This document shows positions 12,515 to 26,330 of a stretch of 64,000 bases of DNA, one piece after another. The stretch is from Lytechinus pictus. Taxonomy: Eukaryota. Positions within the stretch are counted from its first letter, which is position 1. Every line of letters begins with the position of its first letter. Both the position numbers and the translations under genes were made by a program. The stretch spans positions 28,398,001-28,462,000 of the forward strand of contig NC_087245.1 of NCBI RefSeq assembly GCF_037042905.1. The letters run 5' to 3'. Under the pieces are notes generated by a model. It did not search any database. It was not told the DNA's origin and saw only the letters and a list, made by a program, of their open reading frames with translations.

Positions 12515-12590
12515 TAATTCCTGGTGGTCTAGTTGTATGACGCCTGTCTAGTAACCAGGAGATCGTGAGTTCGATTCCTACCATAGCTGG
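12515..12590 (+). pseudogene. tRNA-Thr(AGT)-derived sequence
   Basis: CGCCTGTCTAGTAACCAGGAGATCGTGAGTTCGATTCC resembles the eukaryotic tRNA-Thr(AGT) anticodon and T arms; acceptor stem is poor. Confidence 0.65.
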
Positions 12591-13695
12591 CCTGAACATT
12601 TGGTGTTCACTTATATTTGGATAAGGCAAAAATTATTCAATAAAATTAAATCTACCCAACGGAAAACCTTGATTGATATTTTCTATTATCATATTGATCA
12701 CTCTCATATATGCATCCAAGAACCATCAATATTGAATCTACAAGCAATTGTGACAAGAGACATGAACTCTTAGACCTTTGAACTTCTCAAGTCAATGTCA
12801 TAATGTATGCATTGTCCATATTTGAAATTGATCTATCGAAGTCTTTGGTTTATCACAAGAACAATTTCATGCATACACTGACCTACAATCAAACTTGATG
12901 TATGAAAATAATTTTTAGTATTCATAAAACACAAGAAAATTACTAAATGGATAAAAAAGTTGTAAGTATATGACCTTTATGATCTTTGAACTTGGCCCTG
13001 CAACCCCCCCCAAATTACCCCCCCTATATCAAGCATATATGTACCAAGTTTGGAGTTACTTCCTCTAACATTCCTTTAGTTACACAAGAACAAGATATTT
13101 TAAGGCATACTGACCTCTGTGACCTTTGACCATGTGACCCCAAAATCCAATCAGATCATTCTCCCTCTATTATGTATATAAAGAATGTACCAAGTTTGAA
13201 GTTATTAGCTCCAATGGTTAAGTTATCACAAGAACAGGACATTTTAAGGTATATAACGACCTCTGTGACCTTTCACCCGTGACCATAAAATCAAAACAAA
13301 GTATTATCCCCCCAGGATATACCCTCATACCAAGTTTGATGTAAAACCACTCCACGGTTCTTGAGATTTCGACAAAACAAAACGGGACGGACGTACGGAC
13401 GACCCGAAAACGTAATGCCTCCGGCCACTTCGTTGGCGGAGGCATTAAACAATCATAAATATTCTAAATAAATTAAGAGTTGGCACAGATATGTCAAGCT
13501 TAATTAAGTATGGAATGCAGAATGATGTCATATACTCCTGAAAACTGTTTTTTTTTTGCTGTTGATCTTATAAGATTTGGTTTGACTGAGAAGACAAGGT
13601 AGAAAGACTATATGTATATACAAAAAAAAATCCCTGAATAAACTAAATAAATTAATGTACTTTTCACACACAGAGGTAACACAGATATGGCAAGA

Positions 13696-14265
13696 TTAAA
13701 GGACAAGTCCACCCCCCCCCCCAAAAAAAAAAAAAAAAAAAAAAAACCTTGATTTGAATAAAAAGAGAAAAATTCAACAAGCATAACACTGAAAATTTCA
13801 TCAAAATCGGAAGTAAAATAAGAAAGTTATGACATTTTAAAGTTTTGCCTCATTTCACAAAACGCTTATATGCACACCTCAGTCGGTATGCAAATGAGGG
13901 AACTGATGACATCACTCACCCACTATTTCTTTTGTATTTTATTATATGAAGTATGAAATATTTTGATTTTCTCGTCATTGTCATGTGAAATGAAGTTTCA
14001 TTCGTCCCTGAACACGTGGAATTCAATTATTTTAACATTTTGTGCTTCAGGCAAGGAGGTCCTAATCATCAAATTCGTAAAAATTGAAATATTGTATAAT
14101 TCAAACAATAAAAAACAAAAGAAATAGTGAGTGACATCATTGGCTCACCTAGTTGTGCATATCACTGTTTTGTTGAAAATAAGCGAAACTTTAAAATTTC
14201 ATGCTAGTTTGATTTTTCTCTATTTATTCAAATCAGCATTTTCCTGGGGTGGACTAGACCTTTAA
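13696..14265. mobile_element. TTAA-flanked MITE (Kolobok-like), AGGACAAGTCCACCCC family
   Basis: TTAAAGGACAAGTCCACCCC ... GGGGTGGACTAGACCTTTAA; related copies at 28804-29414, 37459-37690 (partial) and 43790-44300 (partial). Confidence 0.8.
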
Positions 14266-14536
14266 TTTGAAGATTAGAGACATTGAGTCAAATTTTCAAA
14301 AACAGTCAATGAAACATACACTACTCAATGCATCCTCTTCCCAGTGATACATGCTAGCAGGTTTTACATCCATATTTCATACTGTTAAGGTGACATTGCA
14401 TTAACAAAGATATTACCTGAATTTCACAAATTTACTTTCGAGCTACATATTCCAAAATATATCCAGATCATCTCCTATAGTGGTACATGTTAGCACCAAG
14501 TTTCACATTTATATTTCAAATTGTTAAGGTGACAAT

Positions 14537-17500
14537 GGCCCGTATTCTGATAGCGTGGTTTAACTTAACCCTGGTCTAAGTGTGGTAATAAACTGCCATA
14601 TTTAAACCTAGGTTTAAGTTTCGTATTCCGATAGCAAGGTTTAAGTTAACCCTGGTCTAAGTGTGGTAATAAATCTTCAAAAAGTTAAACTCGCGCTGGG
14701 GGTAGTTTAAGCCTGGTTTAAATCCAACAAATCATGGCCAACAATTTTTTTAGAATGTATGCCTATATTGCATTGCAAGCTACTTCCTCAGTTTTCAACC
14801 GATTTTCATGGAATTTGGAACACACATTGTTCTTAAGGTAAGGAGGTGTAAGAATTTTTTTTTTCTTTTTTGGAAATTGTGTTGCCATGGAAACAGTATA
14901 TTATGGCAAAAATTTTGCCGTTTAAAATACTTTTATCAGTTTTCTACCAATTCTCAAGAAAGTTGGCTCACACATTGGTTTTGAGGTAAAGATGTGCAAG
15001 ACACATATTTCCATGTGTCGGAAATTGTGTTGCCATGGTAACGGTATATTATGGCAAAAACTATGTATAAATCTTGCTGTTCCAACTACTTCCTCAGTTT
15101 TTAACCAATTCTCATGAAATTTGGCACATACATTAATGTTGAGGTGAAGATGTCCAAGATATATTTTTGTCTGTATCAGAAATCGTGTTGCCATGGTAAC
15201 AACATATCAAATAAAGAGAATAAGGTGAGAATTTGGTAGTTCGAACTCCCATCTTTTTTCAGCCAATGCTCATAAAATTTGGCACACACATTAGTCTTAA
15301 GTTGAAGATGTGCAAGACATATTTTTGTATGTATGAGAAATCATGTTGCCATGGTAACAACATATTACATAATGAAATTAGGTGAAAATCTGAACTCCTT
15401 CATTAGTTTTCAACTAATTCTTATAAAAGTTGGCTCACACATTGGTTTTGAGGTATAGATCTGCAAGACATATATTTGTGTGTGTTGGAAACTGTGTTGC
15501 CATGGTGACAGCATATTAAATCAATAAATGTGTAAACACATCTAATGGATTGAACTGCTTCTTCATTTTATGACATAGGCCTACATGTATGCTCATGAAA
15601 TTTAGAACACGAGGTTTTGACTTGAGGTAAAATAATCTGCAAGGCACATTTTCTCATTCATCAAAATATGTGTTTGTACGGTAACTACACAAACCAAAAT
15701 AAGATTAAGACAATGCTAACTGTTGTTTGGCTACACAGAGAACAACATGTAGCTGTAGGCTTAGTACTAGTTTTAAGGGGGTTGCTAGACCTCTAACTTT
15801 AGATCTCGAACTACAGTCCCACTACAGTCCCTAGCTTTAGATCTAGGTCTAGATCCTTTAGATCTAGTAATAGAAATAATCCAACGTTAGATCTCCAGCC
15901 TACTTTATTTTAAGGCCTAACGTTAGATGATTAGATCTACTGTAGACTAGCCTCGAGACTAGCCAACATTTACTTTTTTATTTATTTAGAATCTACATTG
16001 AGCATGTTGAGAGTCTACAAATCTCTAGATCTAGACCTATTACATGTATTACATTGATATAGATCTAGTTCTAGGTCTAGATAGGGTTTAACTTTTAGTC
16101 TAAGTTATTTAGTCTAGATCTAGGCCAGCGTTAGAGATTCTAGATCATACAGTAGACTAGATCAGCCAGTTAGGGCTAGGCTAGAAATCTAGAATGAATA
16201 TATAGCACAGACTAACGTTAGGCCTAGGCCTAGATCTAAATTCTTACATAAATCTAGGCCAGGCCTAGTCTAGTCAAGACTTAACCCAGGGAGCTCCCTG
16301 GGTTAGTCAAGACTGAGCTGTTGGTCTAGGTTTGGGCCCGTTTTCTAGTCCTGGATCTGGAAACCTAAACGAGTCCCCAAAAATGTTTGAATAAAAAACT
16401 CTTCAAAGAAACAGATATGGACCTAAAACAGGAGTAGAGAGATGTCTTGGACTAATTCTAAATTTAGCCAGGCCCAGTTACTTGGCAAGCAATGCAGCGA
16501 TAATCAGATCTAACACTGTACTGTCTGTAGACAGGAATAACCGTTGTTTCTGGGGATTTATTTTAAAAATTCTGACATTTTACTGTCATATAACATTGCC
16601 TTGGTGAGAGAGGCCAACGTAGAGTGTCATAATTCAGCGGAACAACCAATACAGAGACTGTTCAAAGCTTTTTGTCTAAGACAAATCAGATCCATTCCAC
16701 TAGATCTAGCCTATGCCTAAGGTTACTTTAGAATAGTACTATAAATAATCTATCCCTGTCCCTAAGCTAAGCCAGCCTAAGTCATGAATGCTGTTCTAGG
16801 CCTAGACCAATATTTATCTTCAGTCTTGGTTGCTCCACTAACTCACTAGACTATGTTTTCCTTCAGGAAAGTAAAAAAAAAATCAAATAGGCCTAGGCCT
16901 AACTTAGTTAGTAAAAACTATGTTCAATTCTCCTCCAAACAATTGGGCCTAGGCCAGATCTAACTATAGGCCTATTTAGACCCAAGACTACTCTCAAAAG
17001 TTATAAAAAATTCCCTTACTTAAAGTTAGAATAAAGACGTCGACCTCTTAGCTTATTGTTTTAGATCTAGGACTAGGGTCTAGACTCTAGTCTAGAGTGG
17101 TTGAGGGGAATCTATTCAATTTAGATTTTGACAAACATGAAAATAAATAAATGGGACTGATACTCAAAAAACTGTGCAGGTCACTCGGTTTGGGGTTGAA
17201 ATGTTTTAGTAATTAACAAAAATAAATATAATTGAAATGAAAATTTCTTACCATATATGGGTGATGAATGCTTTTCTTTCACTACAATAGTTGTTATTAG
17301 TTTCCATAATATCAATTTTTTAAAGAAAAAACGACTTTAGTGCCATTTTTTCAACTTTGTTGCAATCACCCCTGCAGCAGTAATTTACCAAAAAGGTGCT
17401 AGTCTTGGTTAAAAGAGGGTTATTATTTTCAAAAAGAATTTTAAACCCGGGTTTAACCCAGGTTTAGTTAAACCCGGCTATCAGAATACCAAAATAATTA

Positions 17501-17601
17501 AACTACACTTTGACCAGAGGTGAGGTTTAGAGGAGGTTTAATTAAACTAGGGTTAACTTTAGACTAGGGTTAAATTAAACCTGCTATCAGAATACGGGCC
17601 C
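14537..17601. mobile_element. Non-autonomous TIR element, PIF/Harbinger-like, 3.06 kb
   Basis: TIRs GGCCCGTATTCTGATAGC / GCTATCAGAATACGGGCC extended by ACCCTGGTCTAAG-type repeats; interrupts a host tandem repeat; internal ~120-bp GTTGCCATGG repeats at 14760-15700. Confidence 0.78.
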
Positions 17602-17899
17602 ATGTGTTTAAACAAATAAATTTCACAAATTGACCTTTGACCTACATATTCCAAAATCCATTCAAATCGTCTTCCTAATGATGGTACATGTTAAACACCA
17701 AGTTTTTACATCCATACCTCAAGCTGTTTAGGTGATATTGCTTTGACAAGAAAATAACCTGAATTTTACATACAAGGACCACATATGAAGTTCACACCTT
17801 ACGCAGTCTTGAATAAATTAAGTTTATGAGCAAGTTTGGATAATCCATGTGGAGTTAGAAGTTTCCAATACATTCTGTAAATCACTGTAATAGGGAAAC

Positions 17900-19209
17900 A
17901 TTGAGTAAGCAACTCTATCAACGTCCGTCAGCATTCAATCAATCTCGGGATATTCAGTATATTTCAAAATCTGGTGAGAAAACTCTGCATAGATTACCTG
18001 ATCCTCATCAAAGAGCCAAGGATACTTCAGTCGGTCATCAGTGATCCTTGGCCGAGGGACAGAATTTATGATCCATGCCCTTCTGTCTGCCAGTGTCTTC
18101 TGCATGCAGAACTCAACTCTCTTGAAGTCTGGCTGCCTTTTGTTCAGTGCTCATCCACTCTATGTGCCTTGCAACAGTGTCAGATTTGGAAAGAATAAAA
18201 AATTATACTTAAAAAAAGAAAAAACAAAGAATAAAAAATTATACTTAAAAAAGAAAAAAAAAAATAGATTTAGAATCCTCATTCATTTAGTTTCTGTCAA
18301 ATCACTTTTCATCCGAGTCCTTAATAGATATTTACAGCAAATTTTACTATAATAGCAAGTTTTATGCAACGACACGCCAGTCTTGTTGCCAAAGACAAGA
18401 ACAGAAAAGCTCCACTTGGTCACACTTTGCGACTATCTGTCACAAACACACTGTACCAGTTAACATTTGGTGAAAGACCATAGCAGAACCATATATACAT
18501 GCGAATTAGACTAAAAAATTAACTTTAGGTAAAATCTAACAGAGAAATGCATGACAAAATGTCACAACAATGTAGCCACTGTAAGATTCCTGCATCAATA
18601 GTGATACTCAAACATTAGTAAGTTATAATGCAAGAAATATTCTCATATTTTATGCATTTACTCACATTTACTTAATTCATCAACTCTTAAGGTGCCCCAT
18701 ACACGTTTAAAGCGTTTTTACTGGCCAAGTTCTAATCCTCTTTAATAATCCTTCTGGTTGAGTCTCATATATAACTATGTCATGTGAAAAAGAGAAATGC
18801 CTTTAAGTTTGGCCATTATCAAGTAAAATATTTATCTAGAAGGATGAATCAATTGCCAAAGAAATTAAATGGCATGCACTTGGGCAAGACTATGGCACAT
18901 TGAGAGTTAATTGGGGTTTCTGTTTGGTACCAGATACTTACTCTCCACCATTCACCAGTTGCTGTGCACCGAGGACCACAGGTAGTTTGTAATTTTTACT
19001 CTCAATGGCCCTGTCACAAGTTCGTCCTCTTCCATGTCTGCAAAATCGTAGAATTTGTCTTGCCATGTCTGCAGGAAAAATATCTTCTTCTTTCACTCCA
19101 AATGTTGTGCACACCACCCTAAGCAGCTCCTGTTTTGAGGTCTCCTCTGACTTGTTGGTTACCAACACCCTTCTTTGATTTTGGCCATATATCAATAAAA
19201 ATTTGTACC
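17900..19209 (-). pseudogene. Decayed spliced gene inside the large element, resembling the accessory (SAMD3-like) ORF of animal EnSpm-type transposons
   Basis: Exon remnants across frameshifts: YKFLLIYGQNQRRVLV...EEDIF/LQTWQDKFYDFADMEEDELV (19209-18940) and RHIEWMSTEQK/RQPDFKRVEFCMQKTLADRRAWIINSVPRPRITDDRLKYPWLFDEDQVIYAEF (18185-17980). Family assignment is from remembered motifs only. Confidence 0.5.
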
Positions 19210-19458
19210 TGGAATGAAAAGTAATTGATTTTCTTACTAAACCTGAATTTTGAATAAATAATGTATGCAAAGAGCTTTCAGGATAAATGTGTGTAATCAA
19301 AAGATATTGCATGTACATGGACACAAATATTCAGTTTTTGCCTCGATGCAAGAGGCAAACAAGACATATTCCAATGTTTGTCTGGGTTTGGTGATACATA
19401 TTCCATTCATTTATCTTTTTTTCTAGTATTAGTTTCCTGTCTTCGAATATTAGTAAAA

Positions 19459-20059
19459 TTGAAGGGATGGTCCAGGCTGGAAATATTTATATCTCAATAA
19501 ATAGAAGAAAATTTACAGAGCAAAATGCTAAAGATTTAATCAAAATCGAATAACAAATAAAGTTTTTGAATTTCAAATGATATTATTCCGGTGAAACAGT
19601 TCTAGGCATGTCTTTATGAATATTCATTAGGTTGGCTGGTGATGTCATATCCCCACTTGTTCTTTTGTGTTTTATTATGTGAAATTTGGTTTAATAAAAA
19701 AAATTGCTACCAAGAACTAAAACAATTGGATTGACAACTGATTAAGTGGACTAGTTATTTATTGCCTCAACTTATTTCATCATAATGGAGACACATCATT
19801 TACACATGTATGAAAAAATGAAACATTTACGATGTCATGTAATGACATAAGAAAAAATTGAAATGTGACATCATCAGCCCACCTATTGAATATTCATGAT
19901 GATGTGCATATTCCAAAAAATATTGATAAACTTTGAAAATCAATAACTTTGTTATTTGATATCCAAGTTTGATGAAATTTTCAGCATTTTACTCTGTGAA
20001 TTTTACTCCATTTATATACTTTTAGATATAAATATTTTCAGCCTGGACCATCCCTTTAA
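19459..20059. mobile_element. TTAA-type MITE (Kolobok-like), AGGGATGGTCCAGGCTG family
   Basis: TIRs AAGGGATGGTCCAGGCTG / CAGCCTGGACCATCCCTTTAA; second copy at 39028-39617. Confidence 0.8.
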
Positions 20060-22234
20060 CTTCCCGCTACCAGGAAAGAAAATTGTATTGTAGTCTATTA
20101 AAAATTTTGATTTGAAATTAAGATACAGTACTATTACGACACAACGGTCCAGCGATGGTATTTCCATTTTTCATCACATGAAAATTCATTCATTTCATAA
20201 TAACCAACCATACTTAAAATTCATACAAATTTCAGACAATTCCACTATTAGTGACACATATGGAACAACACTTCCTAAATTAATAACTTAACCCATTTGT
20301 GACGAAATTCCACATTACGTGGTTTGGCCTCGGATTTTTCATGAATAGTTGTAGGGCCTATATATGAAAATACCAAGGAGACTCGAAAGTAAACACTAGA
20401 ACTATTGGCATTACTTTTCTTTTGGTAACAATCATCGCCGCTATGGCTAGGAAAATGCGCATATCTTTCAGTTGTGTACAACTGTGTAGATCTACTATCG
20501 TAATGTGCATGCATGCTGTAGAAATCGTCGAAACAAGGAGCCAGCCACGTTCCCACAACCACACTCTGAACTTACCAAAAAAAAACACAGATTTTCACAT
20601 GGAAAAACATATACAGACATATGAATTGTACTCCCGCTTAAAAATAAAGGATTTATTAAAACATACTACTTTGCAGCTAGCTGATCCATTGGTCAAGTAT
20701 TACTAATTAAATGAGGACTAATTAACCCGCAGTAGCAGAGTCTGTAGCCTAGGCCTAGAGACTAGACCCATCAAAAAAAAAGAATACAGATCAGTGGACT
20801 GAATGCTGTTGCCGTTCAAAAGTATAACATTAATTAGGACCACCGACACCGTACTCTAACCGTTAACGTAAACTTTAAAAAGTTAAAGTATACTATAGAT
20901 CTAGATCTAGAGTCTAGACCCTAGTCGATAGTCTAACATTAATTAAGCCAGTAGATCTAGTACAAAATTTTTCTTCATACTCGATGGCAGCCAACAAGTT
21001 TTTTTTTCAGGTAGGCCAAGCGCTAGCCTAAGTTAGGCCTAGGCTAGGGCCGGGACTAGGCTATGAGTATACGACGTGTTCCACCATAATAATAAATCTG
21101 GTCCAAAGGCAAAGTCCAAGGCAAGCTTAAGCCTATAATATATAGCCATAAATAACTTTTAGGCCCTACATGTAGCCAGCCCCAATGCCATGGCTTCAAC
21201 TTCAAGTTGAAGTCAGAATACATTTCTAGACCCATGCAACACTCCTAATCAAAATAAATGCAGCAACATTACAGACTAAGGCAAACTCTTGAAATAATCC
21301 ACTGCACTGCACAGTGACACTGCCTGCTGCAGAGTGCAGTATAGTACCGTACGGTTCTACTCGGGCTTGGTACGGTACGCGCACAATCCGCCGAGTGTTC
21401 AATTTCCGAGTCATGCAAGGCCAAGGAGGTGCCAGGAGTGGACTAATTCACGAGAATGCCCAACAGATTACTTGATTAGATAAGCTTACTTACCGTTAAC
21501 TATCTCCTGACAGTTCCATAAATTGTCTGTTCTCCTATAGTTTCAGTTAAAAAATTAGTTGAATGCAGTTAATTGCCTGAATTTCATGAACTTGAAGCTT
21601 AGCTAGCCCTTAATTGGCCTTCGAAGCGCAGCATTAAGCTGATTGTATCTATTCTGCACGGCGTACGTGTGTGTGTGTGTGCATTTGTCTATGGTGTGTA
21701 TAGCATACATGTGCGGGTTGTGCGTTACACATGTGGTACTTGGTGGTACTACTAGTACATCGACGCGCATAAAAAAGGGCGCGAAAATGAGCGGGAGGGG
21801 TGGGGGGGGGGGCAGGCGGGGAATGCGCGAAATTCGTGTTGAACACAATTATAAAGTAGACAGGTTCAAAATGACAAATGATATATATATATACGTATAG
21901 ACAGACAATGTTTAGTGACTGGGCAGACATATTTTGAAATTATACAAAAAGATAATATAGTCCTATTAAAAAAAAAAAAAAAACACCAGCGGCCACCCCC
22001 GGCCCGACTACCTTCAAGATCAACAACAACGGCCCTGCTTAGTTAGTAATTCAGGTCGCAGGCCTTTATAATTTTAGTCATGCCTTTGGATGGCCGAAAG
22101 TTAGTTAGTCAGAAACCACAATTAATAGTCAAGCCTGTCTTTTTACGAAATACGAGTAATGAAAAACCTTCGTTAGTCCATGCACAGCTGAGTTAGTCGT
22201 GACAAGCTTTATAGGCCCAGACTAACAAAGTTAG

Positions 22235-25200
22235 TACCTTGGTAAAACGGGAATTTAATCATGCTTTTTGTAACCAATGTTTTTACACTTTCATTAAACC
22301 ACGGTTAAAACCATGGTTATATAACAATCATTTTCAAACTATCATAAAACCATGGTTAAAATCATGGTGTATAACCGTCGTTTTCAACCTTGGTAAAACG
22401 CAAATTTAACCATGGTTTTGTAACCACTGTTTTTACACTTTCATTAAACCACGGTTAAAACCATGGTTATATAACCATCATTTTCAAACTATCTTAAAAC
22501 CATGATAAAAATCATGGTTTATAACCGTCGTTTTCAACCTTGCTAAGACGAATGTTTAACCATGGTTTTGTAACCACTGTTTTGACACTTTCATTAAACC
22601 ACGGTTAAAACCATGGTTATATAACCATAATTTTCAAACTATCATAAAACCATGGTTAAAATTATGGTGTATAACCGTCGTTTTCAACCATGGTAAAACG
22701 GAAATTTAACCATGGTATTGTAACCACTGTTTTTACACTTTCATAAAACCACGGTTAAAACCATGGTTATATAACCATAATTTTCAAACTATTATAAAAC
22801 CATGGTTAAAATCATGGTGTATAACCATCGTTTTCAACCATGGTAAAACGGAAATTTAACCATGGTATTGTAACCACTGTTTTTACACTTTCATTGAACC
22901 ACGGATAAAACCATGGTTATATAACAATCATTTTCAAACTATCATAAAACAATGGTTAAAATCATGGTGTATCACCATCGTTTTCAACCATGGTAAAACG
23001 GAAATTTAACCATGGTATTGTAACCACTGTTTTTACACTTTCATTAAACCACGGTTAAAACCATGGCTATATAACAATTAATAGTCAAGCCTGTCTTTTT
23101 ACGAAATACGAGTAATGAAAAACCTTCGTTAGTCCATGCACAGCTGAGTTAGTCGTGACAAGCTTTATAGGCCCAGACTAACAAAGTTAGTACCTTGGTA
23201 AAACGGGAATTTAATCATGCTTTTTGTAACCAATGTTTTTACACTTTCATTAAACCACGGTTAAAACCATGGTTATATAACAATCATTTTCAAACTATCA
23301 TAAAACCATGGTTAAAATCATGGTGTATAACCGTCGTTTTCAACCTTGGTAAAACGCAAATTTAACCATGGTTTTGTAACCACTGTTTTTACACTTTCAT
23401 TAAACCACGGTTAAAACCATGGTTATATAACCATCATTTTCAAACTATCTTAAAACCATGATAAAAATCATGGTTTATAACCGTCGTTTTCAACCTTGCT
23501 AAGACGAATGTTTAACCATGGTTTTGTAACCACTGTTTTGACACTTTCATTAAACCACGGTTAAAACCATGGTTATATAACCATAATTTTCAAACTATCA
23601 TAAAACCATGGTTAAAATTATGGTGTATAACCGTCGTTTTCAACCATGGTAAAACGGAAATTTAACCATGGTATTGTAACCACTGTTTTTACACTTTCAT
23701 AAAACCACGGTTAAAACCATGGTTATATAACCATAATTTTCAAACTATTATAAAACCATGGTTAAAATCATGGTGTATAACCATCGTTTTCAACCATGGT
23801 AAAACGGAAATTTAACCATGGTATTGTAACCACTGTTTTTACACTTTCATTGAACCACGGATAAAACCATGGTTATATAACAATCATTTTCAAACTATCA
23901 TAAAACAATGGTTAAAATCATGGTGTATCACCATCGTTTTCAACCATGGTAAAACGGAAATTTAACCATGGTATTGTAACCACTGTTTTTACACTTTCAT
24001 TAAACCACGGTTAAAACCATGGCTATATAACAATCATTTTCAAACTATCATAAAACCATGGTTAAAATCATGGTGTATAACCGTCGTTTTCAACCTTGGT
24101 AAAACGCAAATTTAACCATGGTTTTTGTAACCACTGTTTTTACACTTTCATTAAACCACGGTTAAAACCATGGTTATATAATCATCGTTTTCAAACTATC
24201 TGAAAACCATGGTTAAAATTTTTGTTTATAACCGTTCCCACTGGGCAATTTGTTACCGATTACCAATTTTACCGGTTATTACCGGTAATATCACCCGGAA
24301 ATTTGAGTAACACCAAATATTACCGTTATTACCATGCTATTACCGAAATTATAATTCCTGTTGATACCTGTTACTGTTATCACCCTGATGAAACCGACAT
24401 TTACCGAGTTACAACAGGGTGACGATGGGTAATAAGGGTAATGATGAATGACTTTGATTGGTTATAACATTGCAAACTTTAGTAATAACAGTAATCTTAC
24501 AGCAATCCCAGCAAAATTGTCAAAGTCCAAAAAATTACTGTTATCACCCTGATGAAACCAACATTTTACCCAGTTACAAACAGGTTGATAAGGGGTAATG
24601 GGTAATGTTGAAGCGCTTCCATTCCCAGACAGCAAAGTATCTGGATCACATACGGTTCTTATCTGGGATATCTGGGTCCCATATGGGCCCACATGGAACC
24701 CAGATGAAAACATATACTTGAACCCACATGGTGCCCAGATAGGACTCAGATGGAAACGAGACCTCCAACCCATGCGGAACCCATTAATATTGGGTAAATG
24801 GAGTAATATCAGATGGTAATATCAGGAAAATGCTGGGAATATTAGTTACTCATGAATATTCATTACTACAATAAATGGCCAAAATTTTAGCTAATATAGC
24901 TGTAATAATTAATGTGTTTATGTTTATGCAATTATTCCACCCAGAAAATTTTCAGAAAAATGTGTAGTTTATATATCATATTAGTCATAATCATGACATT
25001 AATTTTAGAAAAATGTTTTAGGGTTGAATAATTGTTAACCATAATTTGTCAAGTGTTGTAAAACTCGCTCAATATATAGAAGTAAATGACAGGGTTTGGT
25101 GGATAGGTGTAGGATAGGATTAGGATTAGGATGTAGGATTTTAGGATAGGATAAGATGATATGGCTTAGAGTATGGAGTTGTAAAAATGTGCTTCAATGA

Positions 25201-26330
25201 CCCTAATGACACTAATTGTTTTTTTAATGAGCCGACATTAATTGGGTAATATTGGGTAAACAGAGTAATATGAGGTGGTGATATCATTAAAATGCTGGAA
25301 ATATCGGTTACATCATACTGGGTAATATTGGGTAAATGGAGTAATATCGGGTCCGGGTAATAACGGGGAAAGATTGGTCTACTATTTCCCCGTTACTACC
25401 CACTGGTGTTACCGTGGTAATAACTACGTTATTACCTGTTACAACCCGGGTAATATCGGGTAAAATGCCCAGTGGGTTGTTTTCAACCTTGCTAAGACGA
25501 ATGTTTAACCATGGTCTTGTAACCAATGTTTTTACACTTTCATTAAACCACGGTTAAAATATGGTTATATATAACAATCATTTTCAAACTGTCATAAAAC
25601 CATGGTTAAAATCATGGTGTATAACCGTCGTTTTCAACCTTGGTAAAACGGAAATTTAACCATGATTTTGTAACCACTGTTTTTACACTTTCATTAAACC
25701 ACGGTTAAAACCATAATTATATAACCATCATTTTCAAACTATCATAAAACCATGGTTAAAATCATGGTGTATAACCGTCGTTTTCAACCATGGTAAAACG
25801 GAAATTTAACCATGGTATTGTAACCACTGTTTTTACACTTTCATTAAACCACGGTTAAAACCATGGTTATATAACCATCATTTTCAAACTATCATAAAAC
25901 CATGGTTAAAATCATGGTGTATAACCGTCGTTTTCAACCATGGTAAAACAGAAATTTAACCATGGTATTGTAACCACTGTTTTTACACTTTCATTAAACC
26001 ACGGTTAAAACCATGGTTATATAACCATCATTTTCAAACAATCTTAAAACCATGGTTAAAATCATGGTGTATAACCGTCGTTTTCAACCTTGGTGAAACG
26101 GAAATTTAACCATGGTTTTGTAACCACTGTTTTTACACTCTCATTAAACCACGGTTAAAACCATGGTTATATAACCATCATTTTCAAACTATCTTAAAAC
26201 CATGGTTAAAATCATGGTGTATAACCGTCGTTTTCAACCTTGGTAAAACGGAATTTTAACCATGGTATTATAAATACTGTTTTTATGCTATCATAAAACC
26301 ATGGTTTAAATCATGGTTTTATAACATTGA
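22235..26330. repeat. 120-bp tandem repeat array, AACCATGGTT-rich (right subterminal array), interrupted by an insertion at 24237-25476
   Basis: Sequence repeats every 120 nt (TCATTAAACCACGGTTAAAACCATGG). Confidence 0.95.
24237..25476. mobile_element. Non-autonomous CMC-like element inserted in the 120-bp array
   Basis: TIRs CCCACTGGGCA / TGCCCAGTGGG; 2-bp TSD TT; host repeat unit (ATAACCGTT|GTTTTCAACC) rejoins when it is removed; TTACC/GGTAA subterminal motifs. Confidence 0.82.

Larger units (their letters stand above)
12264..12639. mobile_element. Fold-back element containing two divergent tRNA-derived heads
   Basis: TIRs TAAATAATTTATGCCTTATCC / GGATAAGGCAAAAATTATTCA; tRNA-like sequences at 12350-12420 (-) and 12515-12590 (+). 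Confidence 0.75.
12142..13450 (-). mobile_element. Non-autonomous Helentron / DINE-1-like element
   Basis: Subterminal inverted repeat ATGCCTCCGCCA (12178) / TGGCGGAGGCAT (about 13433); extra short IR forming a hairpin at about 13415-13445; stem-loop TCGACTG-CACA-CAGTCGA near the ACTAG end; GGAC microsatellite at about 13385-13400; internal TGACCTTTGA repeats. Confidence 0.6.

Noticed and set aside
12350..12590. Functional tRNA genes
   Set aside because: Mismatched stems and placement in the arms of a fold-back repeat indicate tRNA-derived sequence.
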